From: Squalus acanthias
Lineage: Eukaryota
Assembly: GCA_030390025.1 (NCBI GenBank)
Contig: CM059432.1
Coordinates: forward strand, 59,770,001-59,834,000
Reading direction: 5' to 3'
DNA length: 64,000 bases
Part shown: one piece after another, positions 52,551 through 64,000 of the stretch
Numbering within the stretch: the first letter of the stretch is position 1
Layout of the letters: each line of letters starts with the position of its first letter
Position numbers and translations under genes: made by a program
The notes under the pieces: generated by a model
What the model was told of the DNA's origin: nothing
Database searches by the model: none
What the model saw: the letters and a program-made list of their open reading frames with translations, nothing else

Positions 52551-53539
52551 CCCGGCACTGCATCTCGTTGTATGCTTTTCCAAAAGTCTCCAATCTTCAA
52601 ACAAAACTGAGGCAATTCATAATTATATATTTAAACTTCCTGTCCCTTATGTTTCCAGTGGCAATCCCAATTTGTTGTCAAACTCTTCGCACTGTTCAAC
52701 CTGTACCTTTGCAGTAGGTGTGCTCCATCCTTAACCATCTCATGGGTTGAGACCCATCAAGTTATATTATTTTCTGTATCCATTCCAGCTCCAGGTCTTA
52801 ATGTCACAGCAGGTGCCACGTGGTCAGTTATTTTCATGGAAGAGGCAGTGATCTGCCAATATTTGATTAGGGCTGACTGGGACTGGTGATTGTGGGTGGG
52901 GGGGATGGTGGTGTGGGATGAAAGCTTGCCATGTTCAAATAATAAAAGTAATTGCTTGACTCAATAAAACAAATATTTTAATATTACAATTCTGAATTAC
53001 AATTACAATACAGAAGCAAACCAGATGGTCACAGTCTCACATTGACCACATGCTCGATCTCCCTCTGTTGCAACATTATTTGAATTTTGGCGCCAAGTAC
53101 TGCTGCCATTCAGTCATTATATACAAGCACAATTCCTTTGCCTATTGATAATCATCTGTATTATCCAAAGGGCATCATGGGTCTTCCGAGGCTCAGCCAA
53201 TAGTCAGGGCTGGAATCTTTGATTTGTGTTGGGCACCAGCCTCCAGTGATTAAACAAAGTAGTCTCTGACGATGAAGCATGAACTCCCACAAAGATAAAA
53301 TTAAGAAGACACAGTCGATCAAAACTGTTTGAGATCACCAGCCAGCAGTGAGACCAACCAAAGGCAAAGCCTGAGTGGTTCAAAGTATTTCACCCCTAAT
53401 ATTAACATTTAGGGACGAATTGTGCTGATGCAGCCGGCTCACAACGGCTTGATAATAAAATTATTGGGCTGATTCCCCAATTAGACATTCGCGGTAAAGA
53501 GCAGAGCTTGCAGGGGATGCTGGTCTGGAAATCCCAGTC

Positions 53540-55763
53540 CCTAACAGCAAGGGCACTTGTGGAGTGGCAGTGGTGGGAGGACGAATGCTGTCCTCCTGAG
53601 AGAGGACAGCAGGTTCATCCTCCACAGAGCCAATGCCACTCCCCTGGGGCGGTGCCTCAGCAATCCTAGTAATCTGTTGGAGGACAGATTGCAGCACTGC
53701 TGGGACACCCTGCAAGCCCTTTTCAACACTGGTAAACGCAGCCACGATGGCAGCAGTCTGAGCTTGCGTGGCAGCACTCAGATGTTGGGTTGCTTCTGCT
53801 TGTGCTGCAATGGTAGCTGAGACATCAGCCATCAGACCTTGCTTTATGGTTGGGTCCCCAAGTGCACTAATGGAGTTGGCCATCACTTCCATCCTGGAAA
53901 TCATGGGCTCCAAGCTCTGTGCAAAGCCCCGTGCAAAGTTGGTGCCGGACTCCTCCATATACCTTGATTGTGACAACAGGCTCTCTGGTGGGCCTGCCAA
54001 TGTACCAAGCATTTCTGTGTGCAGGCCCATCAGCCTTCTTCTGTAGGCCGCCCCATCAAAGTCCTCATCTGAATCCTGTGCAGCAGAACTCGTGTGTGAC
54101 CTCGCCCTCCGGGGAGCTTGCACCTGTACAACCCTTTCCCCCTGCCCTGGCTGCAGGCCACTCGTGCCCGGTGGCTCACTACATGCAGATCCCGCCTCTA
54201 TACTACCCACTAAAGTGCATGCAGTGCAGTATCTGAGCTGGTGCCTGTGAGTGTGAGATCGAGTGACGGTGTCTCTTCTTCTCTATCACTCTCCTCTTGC
54301 TCTTCCTGCACTTGCTAGCCAGGTTGGAGTTCTTGGGTATCTGAAAGGAGAAAGGCACAAGGATAGGGTTGTGGTGAGGGGAGCAGAGGGAAAGCAAGAT
54401 GTGCATGCTTACACCATAAGCAGCTTGTAAGTGAGAAGAGATTGTGGGATGAGGCGGAAGTGGGATGTGAGGAGGAGGAGGAGGAGGAGGATTAGGCGTG
54501 ACGACCTTGAATGGTTTCAGCCTCGCCAATCACCACAGCCTCAGTATTAGCCCCTCCAATAATGTCGAGCACGGTCTCCTCCAGCTGGGTCAAGACGTGC
54601 AGTCTTGCCCGTCCTCTGCCGGTTAGCTGCTGCTGCCTGCGGTTATGAGCCACCTTGCACTGCAAGAGAGAGGGAAGTGTGTGAATGATGTGGTGCAATG
54701 TGATTGGGTGATGTGTGTGTGAGTGAGTGTGGTGCAATGTGATTGGGTGATGTGTGTGTCAGTGAGTGTGGTGCAATGTGATTGGGTGATGTGTGTGTCA
54801 GTGAGTGTGGTGCAATGTGATTGGGTGATGTGTGTGTCAGTGAGTGTGGTGCAATGTGATTGGGTGATGTGTGTCAGTGAGTGTGGTGCAATGTGATTGG
54901 GTGATGTGTGTCAGTGAGTGTGGTGCAATGTGATTGGGTGATGTGTGTGTCAGTGAGTGTGGTGAAATGTGATTGGGTGATGTGTGTGTCAGTGAGTGAG
55001 TGTGGTGCAATGTGATTGGGTGATGTGCCTGTCGTGGTTGAATAGCTGGCAGTGTGTGCAAGGTGCGAGATGTGGGTGTGAGGGTGAGGTGAAGCTATGA
55101 ATGTGAGGTATGAGTCCTGATTGAGAGAGATTGTTTGTAGCTGAGTGATGGGAGTGTGTTGCTTGAGCAGTGTGTGAGGCTAATGGTGCAGCTGGTGGGA
55201 GATTGCATTTGAAGATACATTCACTGACCTTGACCATCCATGTGAGGTCATTGATCTCCTTTCGGCACTGCATCCAGGCCCTTTGGGCTAAACTGCTGGC
55301 ATTGACCACGTTGGCTATCTGCTCCCACTGCTTTCGCAGTGTGCGTCTGGAGGGCCTCCTGGCCCCCTGCAGATGGAGTACACCTACTGCACTAAGGCCT
55401 CTAGTGCTGTGTTTGAGAACCTTGATGCCCTTTCTCTGGCCTGTTGAGCCATTATTCAGTCTTCTTTCTCAAAATTGCCTCCACAACCAGTTCCAGCAGC
55501 TGCTGCAGGGAGAATGCACCTCCCCTTTAAGAGGAGCAGACTGCCTTTAAGAAGTGGAGGCTAGCTTTAATTGGTGTTAGCCTCACACAAACTTGGGTCC
55601 CCTGCTGAGTGTTCAGCCACTCAGCAGCGCATTCAGCTACAATCATTATAATTAGCAGACAGCATGAAGGTCGCGGGCTACCTCCATTCCTTTCAACGGG
55701 CGCGGAGCATTTGTGTATTGCGATCCCCGCACCCGTTTTCGGGTCTAATCCAATTTTTAGCCC
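53540..55763 (-). mobile_element. Harbinger half-element carrying the three-exon Myb/SANT pseudogene
   Basis: TIR GGGCTAAAAATTGG at 55763; WEQIANVVNASSLAQRAWMQCRKEINDL exon, KVAHNRRQQQLTG exon, and exon 3 (DEDFDGAAYRRRLM). Confidence 0.88.
54680..55027. repeat. Minisatellite, ~37-41-bp unit, about 9 copies
   Basis: Unit gtgagtgtggtgcaatgtgattgggtgatgtgtgtgtca, located in intron 1 of the Myb pseudogene. Confidence 0.95.
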
Positions 55764-56198
55764 AATTCAGCCATGGTATCAGAGACAGGTGCCATGCAAA
55801 GGCCAGAAGCAAACTCTCACAAAGTGACAGGAAAAAGTTCCTTTAATTTCTTTCTCGCCCCTTCTAGTAGCTGATTGCAGAGTTGAATTGGAATTGCCAT
55901 ACCAGGAGCTAAAGCTTTACCTGGCATTTTGGCTGCAAGAAAGTATGGCGTACAGAATTGGGTGAAAGGCCAAAAGATAAAAGAACTTAAAATAAAATGG
56001 AAAGGCATTGACAGCGCAGAGCTGCACCAGTGAAACTCCAGTTGAATCCAACTTTTTAATAGCTTTACTGCAAGACAGGTGTAGGGGAAAAAAAGAATAA
56101 TCAGCATCTTAACACAATTTCTTCATTTAAAGTTCAATCAACAGGAAAAGAATTAACCTCCTAACTTTTATACTTGCAATCACGTATTGTAAAGGTAC

Positions 56199-56389
56199 CT
56201 GATATGTAAATTTTTCCGTTGTGCACTGCACCAGCGTGAGCTGCCAGGGGTTGAGGCAGAGAGGACAAGTAGCACCATTCATTGGCTTCCAGATTGTAAC
56301 ATTCAACACTTGACAAATAACCAGTTTCGTTCCTTCCACCAATCACGTACAAATGTTTATCCAGAAGGCAGGCATAGAAACTTGCTCGT
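56199..56389 (-). CDS. KLHL14: Kelch-like protein 14, internal coding exon (4th from last)
   Basis: Translates (R)RASFYACLLDKHLYVIGGRNETGYLSSVECYNLEANEWCYLSSLPQPLAAHAGAVHNGKIYIS(G), near-identical to recalled vertebrate KLHL14; acceptor ttttactgcag, donor CAG|gtacct; 191 nt, phase 2 to 1. Confidence 0.96.
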
Positions 56390-57842
56390 CTGCAGTAAAA
56401 TTAAAAGTCAGATTATAAAACAGTTTATATAAATATTACAAAGATAATTTTTTGACTTTGCACCTCAAGTGCAGCGCCTTGGATGCCAGTGGCACGTATC
56501 AGAAAGTCATATTATTTTCTGACTATGAATGTAAATGGTCATAAATCCACGTGCTACTGGCTGGCAAGGTTCCCCATTGGCAATGCGAAATTTCCTTTTT
56601 AAGCCTTTAATGATCCATAATTGATGATTTACTGATTTTAAAGCTGGTCCTCACACTTGCCTATTTACTAGAAACAGTCCTACTTATAATTCCTCTCATT
56701 TCAGATGAATTCTGGCATTGTGTCCAAGATGACATTTGCTTAAAACCTAAGTGCCAGTCTGTCAGTCACATTGACATCCATCTTGCAGTGCTAATTTCCT
56801 GTTCTGTGACAGATGGAGGAGAGGAGGAATCAGTTTGACAAGACTGACATTGTTACAACTGATACTTGCATTACACTGGCATTCTTTTAGAAATAAAAGC
56901 AGGCACTGAGAAATACCAATCCGCTTCAAACATGAAAATATGCTGCAAATTTAATGTGCTCAACATTTGGTATGTAGCTGAGTTTGTTGGTGTTGTTTAA
57001 AGCACTAGTGTTACAAATTATAAGGTATTTCAGTTTAAAATAGAGTTGTGACATAGATGTAAATATGCGTTGTACCAGTTACTGTGATAAGTGGATATCT
57101 TTTTCTGCAAATCAATGAATTTGTGATTGCATTCTCTAGAACTGCTTGATGTCCAGCTGATGTGTTAGCTGTTCCCATCTGTTAGTTGTTGGACCTTGTA
57201 TATATTTTTAATTCAGCAACTAAATTTAAAGGGGTATTACTTCCAATCTAGATCTTTCTATCAGATACAAGATAGAGTCAACTGGTCTAACTCATTGCTG
57301 AAATTCTGGTGTTCAATGGTTGGTGCATTTTGTTTATATATTTATAATAAACATGAGGTATTTTTTATTTGTGTATAATATATCTGAGAACTGAGGAAAG
57401 GCCAATGGATTGAAGAATGAGATCACTGGGTCAAACCCTTTAATCGACCTGTCAGTTCTATTTGCTTGCTTTGTCCAAACACACCTTCAATTTTTTCTGC
57501 ATGTCAAGTCTTTTATTTTTTAAGGAATTCTATTTAGAACCTTTTAAAATATCTGGAGATGGTACTGCTGTCGGCTTTGGTTGATAATTCTTAACTGTGC
57601 GATGCAATGTATGTTAGGGTATCTTCAGTCAGTCAGAGAGCCAGATCTGATCAAATTAAATTTCCGCACTAACTGTGATGTTTTAATATCACAACGCCAG
57701 AGAGCAATAGCCTGAATTCTGCTCTTCAGACCATGAAGAGAACAATAATCTGGATTCTGTCAACAAGGCCAGCAGGAAGGCAACATCCTTCGGTCTGTGT
57801 CATGGCATCAGGAGTGCAACATCTGGAGTTTGTCTGTTAGAT

Positions 57843-57927
57843 CAGTGGTTCTCAAACTCTTTTTGTTGAAGGACGCCTTTGCAAATTGACCCCCAGGGGT
57901 CCGCAGACCCCAGTTTAAGAAACACTG
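57843..57927. mobile_element. hAT-Charlie-type MITE (85 bp)
   Basis: TIRs CAGTGGTTCTCAAACT / AGTTTAAGAAACACTG; perfect 8-bp TSD TGTTAGAT (57835-57842, 57928-57935). Confidence 0.92.
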
Positions 57928-58055
57928 TGTTAGATGACTAGAAGGTCTGTGTGTAAGGTGACGAGGGCAATATCCTGATATTGAAGAAGGGAGAGAAGGG
58001 TAAACCCAGTAACTATAGACCAGTTAGTCTAATGTCAGCTGTGGGAAAACTCCTA

Positions 58056-60452
58056 GGGGGAAGAATTCATGCACACCAACAGAATTGCCGGTGTCACTGG
58101 CAACTCGAGTTAACGGTCGCTGAAAATGGTCGCAGCAAATGAAGTCCTCTACCCACAGGAGGCCCTCCGGAAAGAACGATGTGGGACCAGATCACCGAGG
58201 CTGTCACTGCCAGCAGTGTCGCCCACACCACCTGGCTCTGGTGCGCAAAGAAGCTTCATCACCTCAGACCACTGGTCAAGGTCAGTGAATGCATCTTCAA
58301 AAGCTGTCTCCTACCAACTGCATCACTCGCCTCACACACTGCTCAATGCACGACTGCCCCCTCCCGCCCCCCCCGTATCACACACCTACCAACAATCTGT
58401 AACAATCACGAGACACATCTCCCATTCCTAGCCTCACCTCACTCCCTTGGAGGAGACGGTGCAGGCCATTCTTGGCAGGGACATGGCTGAGCCCTTGGCC
58501 AGATACTGGTATCCTCACACGTTATCCTCCTTCTCGCATGCACCTCTTGCTTTCTCACCCTCCCCTCACCACAACTGCACCGTGCTGCCTTCCTCATTTC
58601 ACACACCCAAAAAATACAGCCTGCCCAGCCAGTGGTTGGCCAAGAAGAGGGAGAGGAGAGTGAAGAAGGTTAGTGTGCACAATTAAAGCACATGGGATTG
58701 GGGGTAATATACTGGCATGGACTGAAAATTGGTTAACAGACAGGAAACATAGAGTAGGAATAAATGGGTCTTTTTCGGGGTGGCAGGCGGTGATTAGTGG
58801 GGTACCGCAGGGATCAGTGCTTGGGCCCCAGCTATTCACAATATATATAAATGATTTGGATGAGGGAACCAAATGTAATATTTCCAAGTTTGCTGACAAC
58901 AACAAAACTAGGTGGGATTGTGAGTTGTGAGGAGGATGCAAAGAGGCTTCAAGGCGATTTAGACAAGTTGAGTGAGTGGGCAAATATATGGCAGATGCAG
59001 TATAACGTGGATAAATGTGAAGTTATCCACTTTGGTAGGAAAAACAGAAAGGCAGAGTATTATTTAAATGGTGATAGATTGGGAAATGTTGATGTACAGA
59101 GGGACCTGGGTGTCCTTGTACACCAGTCACTGAAAGCAAACATGCAGGTGCAGCAAGCAGTTAGGAAGGCAAATGGTATGTTGGCCTTCATTGCAAGAGG
59201 ATTTGAGTACAGGAGCAAGGATGTCTTACTACAGTTATACAGGGCCTTGGTGAAACGACACCTGGTGTACTGTGTGCAGTTTTGGTCTCCTTACCTCAGA
59301 AAGGATATACTTGCCATAGAGGGAGTGCAGCGAAGGTTCACCAGACTGATTCCTGGGATGGCAGGACTGTCATATGAGGAGAGATTTGGTCGACTAGGCC
59401 TGTATTCATGAGAGTTTAGAAGAATGAGAGGGGATCTCATTGAAACGTATAAAATTCTGACAGGGCTAGACAGACTGGATGCAGGGAGGATGTTTCCCCT
59501 GGCTGGGGGGTCTAGAACGAGGGGTCACAGTCTCAGGTTACGGGGTAGGACATTTAGGACTGAATGAGGAGAAAATTCTTCACTCAGAGGGTGGTGAACC
59601 TGTGGAATTCTCTACCACAGAAGGCTGTGGCGGTCAAGTCACTGAATATATTTAAGAAGGAGATAGATAGATTTCTAGACGCAAAAGGCATCAAGGGGTA
59701 TGGGGAGAAAGCAGGAATATGGTATTGAGATAGAGGATCAGCCATGATCATATTGAATGGCAGAGCAGGCTCGAAGGGCCGAATGGCCTACTCCTGCTCC
59801 TAGTTTTCTATATTTCTAAGAAGAAAAAACGCCATCACTCGATTTCACACTCCCAGCCACCAGCTCCTCAAGGTCGACCAGCAAGGCCATTTGCAGTGTC
59901 CCCCACTGAACATCAGCAGCCTTGCACCAGCCATGCTGCAGACTGAGGTATCACTAGTTGAGATCAGTGGGATAGGCAAAGGCACACGCAAGACAATCAC
60001 TAAGAGAATGCATAAGGGTGATGAGTTGATTTCATGATGTCATATTGGATGGATAGATGTATAAAGTTGGATTGGAAGGTTTGCTTTATGGTGGCTTTTA
60101 TTTCAGCATCGTGGCCAAGAGGACGCTGTGATGCTCAGTAACAGAGGGAAGGTAAGGTGTGGGACTAATGTTGAAAGGGGAATTGGGGTTGTGGATTCCT
60201 GGCGTGCTTAGGACCCAGTGCTAGGGTCGAAGATCGGCGTGGTGACGTTAAGTTGGCATTGCACGCCAATTGACGTCACCATGCCGCCATTATTTTTTCC
60301 AGGGCGCTGCCAGATACTGGCAGCACAAAGGAAGGGAGGAAAATGGCGGCTGCCATGGGACCCGCCACCAGCTGGCAAAAGAGCGGGATCCCCCATTTTT
60401 TCGCCATTTCATGGCACTATGGAGTGGCGGTAAGTAGATGAATTTCTAGCCC
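58056..60452 (+). mobile_element. Non-autonomous Harbinger derivative (third copy of the deleted-Myb subfamily) inserted in CR1
   Basis: Ends GGGGGAAGAATTCAT / ATGAATTTCTAGCCC; same internal deletions as 42190-43200; CR1 continues on both sides (57990-58055, 60453-60614). Confidence 0.82.
58669..59817 (+). mobile_element. 5'-truncated CR1 inserted into the Harbinger derivative
   Basis: RT C-terminal half plus 3' UTR; probable TSD aagaag (58663-58668, 59818-59823). Confidence 0.92.
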
Positions 60453-60942
60453 AAAGAATCGATAATTTGAGATAAAATTAGTGCGTATTTAGAAAAGCAT
60501 ATGTTAATCAAGGACAGCTGTCGTGTATTTGTTAAAGGCAAGTCATGTTTGAAAAATGTAAGAGTTTTTGAAGAAGTGACCGATTGTATAGATGGAGGGA
60601 CTGCAGTAGATGTAGGCCTAGAATTTTGTCAGCCCCCGGAAATGGGCGCGGGGATCGCGATGCGCGATCAACCCACGCCCGTTCAGAGGAATGCAGGCAG
60701 CACCTGAACTTTATGCTGTCTGCTGATTATCATGATTGCGGCGTTCAGCCCAACGCTGATCGCGCTGCTGAGGGGCCCAACGCTCAGCAGGGGGCCCAAG
60801 TTTGTGTGAGGCAAGCACCATGTAAAGTTAGCCTGCACTACTTAAAGGCAGTCGGCACCTCTTAAAGAGAAGGTGCATTCTGCCTGCAGCAGCTCATTGA
60901 ACTGGCTGGGGAAGACAGTGAGAGGAGGAGAAAAGAAAAATT

Positions 60943-62593
60943 ATGTCACAACAGGAGAGAGAACGTGCGTCTAGGTTCTCCGATGCAACACTGGAGGCCT
61001 TGGTGAAGGAGGTCAACTCGAAGAGAGAGGTGCTGTTTCCACAGGGGGCCAGGAGGCCCTCCAGGCAACAGTGTAAAGTCCAATGGGAGCAGAAAGTCGC
61101 TATGGTGAATGCCAGCAGTTTAGCCCCGAGGATGTGGATGCAGTGCAGGGAGAAATTTAGTGACCTCACATGAGTGGTCAAGGTCAGTGAATGCATCTTC
61201 AAATGTTATAACCTATCAACTGCACCACTAGCCTCATACACTGCTCAATGCACCACAACCCCATCACTCACCTACCAACAATTTCTACCAAACACGACTC
61301 ATACCTCACATTCATAGCTTCACCTCACCCTCACACACTTAGCACTGCTGTAAGCCTCACACCCACATCACACAGCTTGTACACACTGCCAGTTTTTCAA
61401 CCATGACAGACACATCACCCAAACACATTGCACCACACTCATTGACACACATCCTTTTCTCTTGCAGGAAAAGGTGGCTTACAACCGGTGCCAGCAAGAC
61501 CTAACAGGCGGGGGACAGGCACGCCTGCATAACCTGACCCCCATGGAGGAGACGGTGCTGGCCATTCTTGGGAGGGGCATTGCTGAACCCGTGGCCAGCG
61601 GCGGGGCTGAAAGAATATAAGATGCCCGTATCCTCATACATAGTCCTCATTCTCACATCCCATAATCTCTTCTGATTTACAAGCTGCACATGGTCTAAGC
61701 ATGCACCTCTTGCTTCCCCCCAGCCCCCACCCCTCCACTCACCACAAACCTACCCTTGTGCCTTTCTCATTTCAGAGACCCAAGAAATCCAGCCTGCCCA
61801 GGCAGTGGTGAAAGAAGAAGAACAAAAGGGAGAGGAGAGTGATGATGAAGAAGAAGCACCGTCACTCGATCTAACACTCGCAGCCACCAGCTCAGATACT
61901 GAGATACTGGCACTGTGCGGACTTTAGAGGGTAGCTTAGAGGTGGGATCTGCACGTGGTGAGCCACCGGGCATGAGTCAGTTGCAGCCAGGGCAGGGGGA
62001 AGGCTAGCACAGGTACCAGCTCCCCAGAGGGCAAGGTCGCACATGAGTTCAGCTGTACAGGACTCAGATGAGGACTTCGATGGGGCAGCCTACAGAAGAA
62101 TGCTGATAGGTATGCACAACGAAATGCTTGGTGCATGGGCAAGCCGGCCAGAAAGCGTTTACCAGTGTGGAAAGGGGCTTGCAGGGTGTCACAGCAGTCC
62201 AGCAATCAGCTCTCCAACAGATTACTAGGATTGCTGAGGCACCGCCCCAGGGGGGCAGTGGCTCCGTGGAGCATGAACCTGCTGTCCTCTCAGGATAACA
62301 GCATTCGTACTCCCACCACTGTCACTCCGCCAGTGCCTTTGCTATTGCTTGTCAGTCAGCCAGCCCAGACTGTGGCCGCGCATTCTGAGGTGGTGCAGTC
62401 TACAGCCGGGCCTTCTAGGTCCAGAGCTGCTCAAGGTCATCCTGCAAGGCCATCTGCAGTCTCGTCCACTGAAAGTCAGCAGCCTTCCACCATCCATGCT
62501 GCAGCCACTGGGATAGCACTTTGTAGGAGCACTAGGACAGGCAAAGTCACCCGCAAGGCAGGTACTAAGGGAATGCACAAGGTGATTTGTTGA
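60943..62593 (+). pseudogene. Harbinger Myb/SANT-like gene, three exons (60943-61182, 61468-~61627, 61776-62593)
   Basis: MSQQERERASRFSDATLEALVKEV...QWEQK...MQCREKFSDLT*VVK|gtcagt; acceptors cttgcag and tttcag; in-frame stops. Confidence 0.85.
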
Positions 62594-62758
62594 CTTCGTT
62601 ATGTAATATTGGATGAATTGATGCACAAAGTTGGTTTGGAATGTTTCTTTTGTAGTGGATTTTATTTCAGCATTGTGGCCAAGTAGACGCTGTGATGGTC
62701 AGTAACAGAGTGAAGGTAAGGTGTGGGACTGTTGGTGAATGTGGAATTGGGGTTGCGT

Positions 62759-63919
62759 TTACTGGTACCGCAGTCAGATAAGTCGATCATGGACAGCCCG
62801 GGCAGAAAGGGGCTTTCTGGGTTGCCTCCTCCCTTTCCACTTCCTCTTCTTCCACTTCCTTCTACTCTTCTTCCTCATTCTCCTCTTCCTCCTCCTCCTC
62901 CTCCTCCTCAGCTGGATGCTGTATGCCTGGTGGCAAGGACTCTGCCCTCATGATGGCGAAGTTGTGGAGCATGCAGCAGACCACGATAAATCTTGAGACG
63001 TGCTCTGACGAGTACTGCAGGGCTCCTCTAGAGTGGTCCAGGCAGCGGAAGCATTGTTTAAGGACGCCAATGGTCTGCTCTATCAGACCACATGCTGCCC
63101 ACGTCTGATTGGGTTCTGGAGTAGAGTCATGAGCCAGGTGGTCATTGGATAGCCCTTGTCTCCCAGTAGCCACCCTCTAGTTTGTCATGGTGGCTCAAAG
63201 ACTGAGGGAACAACGGACTGACGCAGAATGAAGGCATCATAGCTGCTGCCAGGATACCGGGCAATCACCATCATGATGTACTAAGCATGGTCGCACACCA
63301 AGTGCACATTCAGCGAGTGGTAATCTTTGCGGTTCCGGTACATCTCAGCATTTAGATGTAGCGCCCGCAAAGCCTCGTGTGTGCAGTCGATGGCGCCCTA
63401 CACCATGAGGAAGCCCGCTATCCTGGCAAAGCTACGTGCACGTTCTGTCTGCTTCTCTCTGGTCAAAGAGAAGACAATGACGTCCTCTCTCCTGGCATAA
63501 AGAGCTTCTGTCACCTCTCTTATGCAGCAGTGGACTGCGAACTGGGAGATGTTACAGATGATGCCTGCTCCAGCCTGGAAGGATTCCGACGCGAGGAAAT
63601 TCAGGGCCACGGTCACCTTCACAGCCACTGGTAGCGCTTTCCTTGCCCTGGTGTGAGGCTGCAGGTCTGGTTGCAAGAGGTGGCAGAATTCTGTGAGCAC
63701 CTCCTTCGTAAAGTGCAGAGGCCTCACACACTGCTCTTGGTTCAGGTTGAAGTGAGAGAATTGCTCTCAGAAGACCCTAAATGGGTAAGGCCACCTGCTG
63801 AAAGCCCTCTCCCCCCTCCTCCTCCTCCCTCTGCGAGCAGCTTGTCCTCTTCTTCGCCTTCTCTGCTCCATCTCCCTGTCATGCTGCAGGCCAAGGGGGA
63901 TGACAACTAGAGCATCCAT
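62759..63919 (-). pseudogene. Harbinger (HARBI1-like) DDE transposase, disrupted
   Basis: LHFTKEVLTEFCHLLQPDLQP, VAVKVTVALNFLASESFQ, GAIDCTH, LLGDKGY, LIEQTIGVLKQCFRCLD, CCMLHNF and acidic tail; stops and frameshifts. Confidence 0.9.
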
Positions 63920-64000
63920 GACTGGGAGCAAATGGTCTGACCCTTGAATTCAGAAGCAAGGCCTTCTCCACTTGCAGCACCACTCCCTGTCACCTCACCA

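Larger units (their letters stand above)
60615..64000. mobile_element. Two-gene PIF/Harbinger-type transposon, runs off the right edge
   Basis: Left TIR GGCCTAGAATTTTGTCA interrupting a CR1; Myb gene on plus and transposase on minus, convergent. Confidence 0.9.

Noticed and set aside
54680..55027. CRISPR-like array
   Set aside because: Head-to-tail units without unique spacers in vertebrate DNA; a minisatellite.
56390..64000. Further upstream KLHL14 exons
   Set aside because: No sequence encoding the expected preceding peptide (YDPRFNSW...PPMQER-like) was found; those exons lie beyond the window.

Overview
Vertebrate genomic DNA, very probably from a cartilaginous fish (shark-type CR1, L2, Penelope, DeuSINE and HE1-like repeats); it is not a prokaryotic locus. 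Host genes: (1) the last four coding exons of KLHL14 on the minus strand (56199-56389, 39872-40030, 34929-35086, 27260-27400), with canonical phase-compatible GT-AG junctions that splice into the kelch-repeat C-terminus ending ...CVPYNK*; (2) about 25 kb past the KLHL14 stop, the apparent first coding exon of a divergent Rab-family GTPase (ATG at 1853, P-loop GDSNVGKT, GC-type donor at 1721) below a CpG-rich putative promoter at ~2420-2930, with the rest of that gene lying off the left edge. More than half of the window is nested transposable elements: many CR1 fragments (one near full length with an SGNH-esterase ORF1), an L2, an L1 remnant, SINEs, hAT MITEs, Penelope remnants (one with an intact-looking minimal hammerhead ribozyme) and a large PIF/Harbinger-type family. 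The Harbinger family includes two two-gene copies (transposase and a spliced Myb/SANT gene, convergent), several deletion derivatives and MITEs, with 3-bp ANT target duplications. All family assignments come from motif recognition, not database searches, and most ORFs in the supplied track are TE fragments or spurious.
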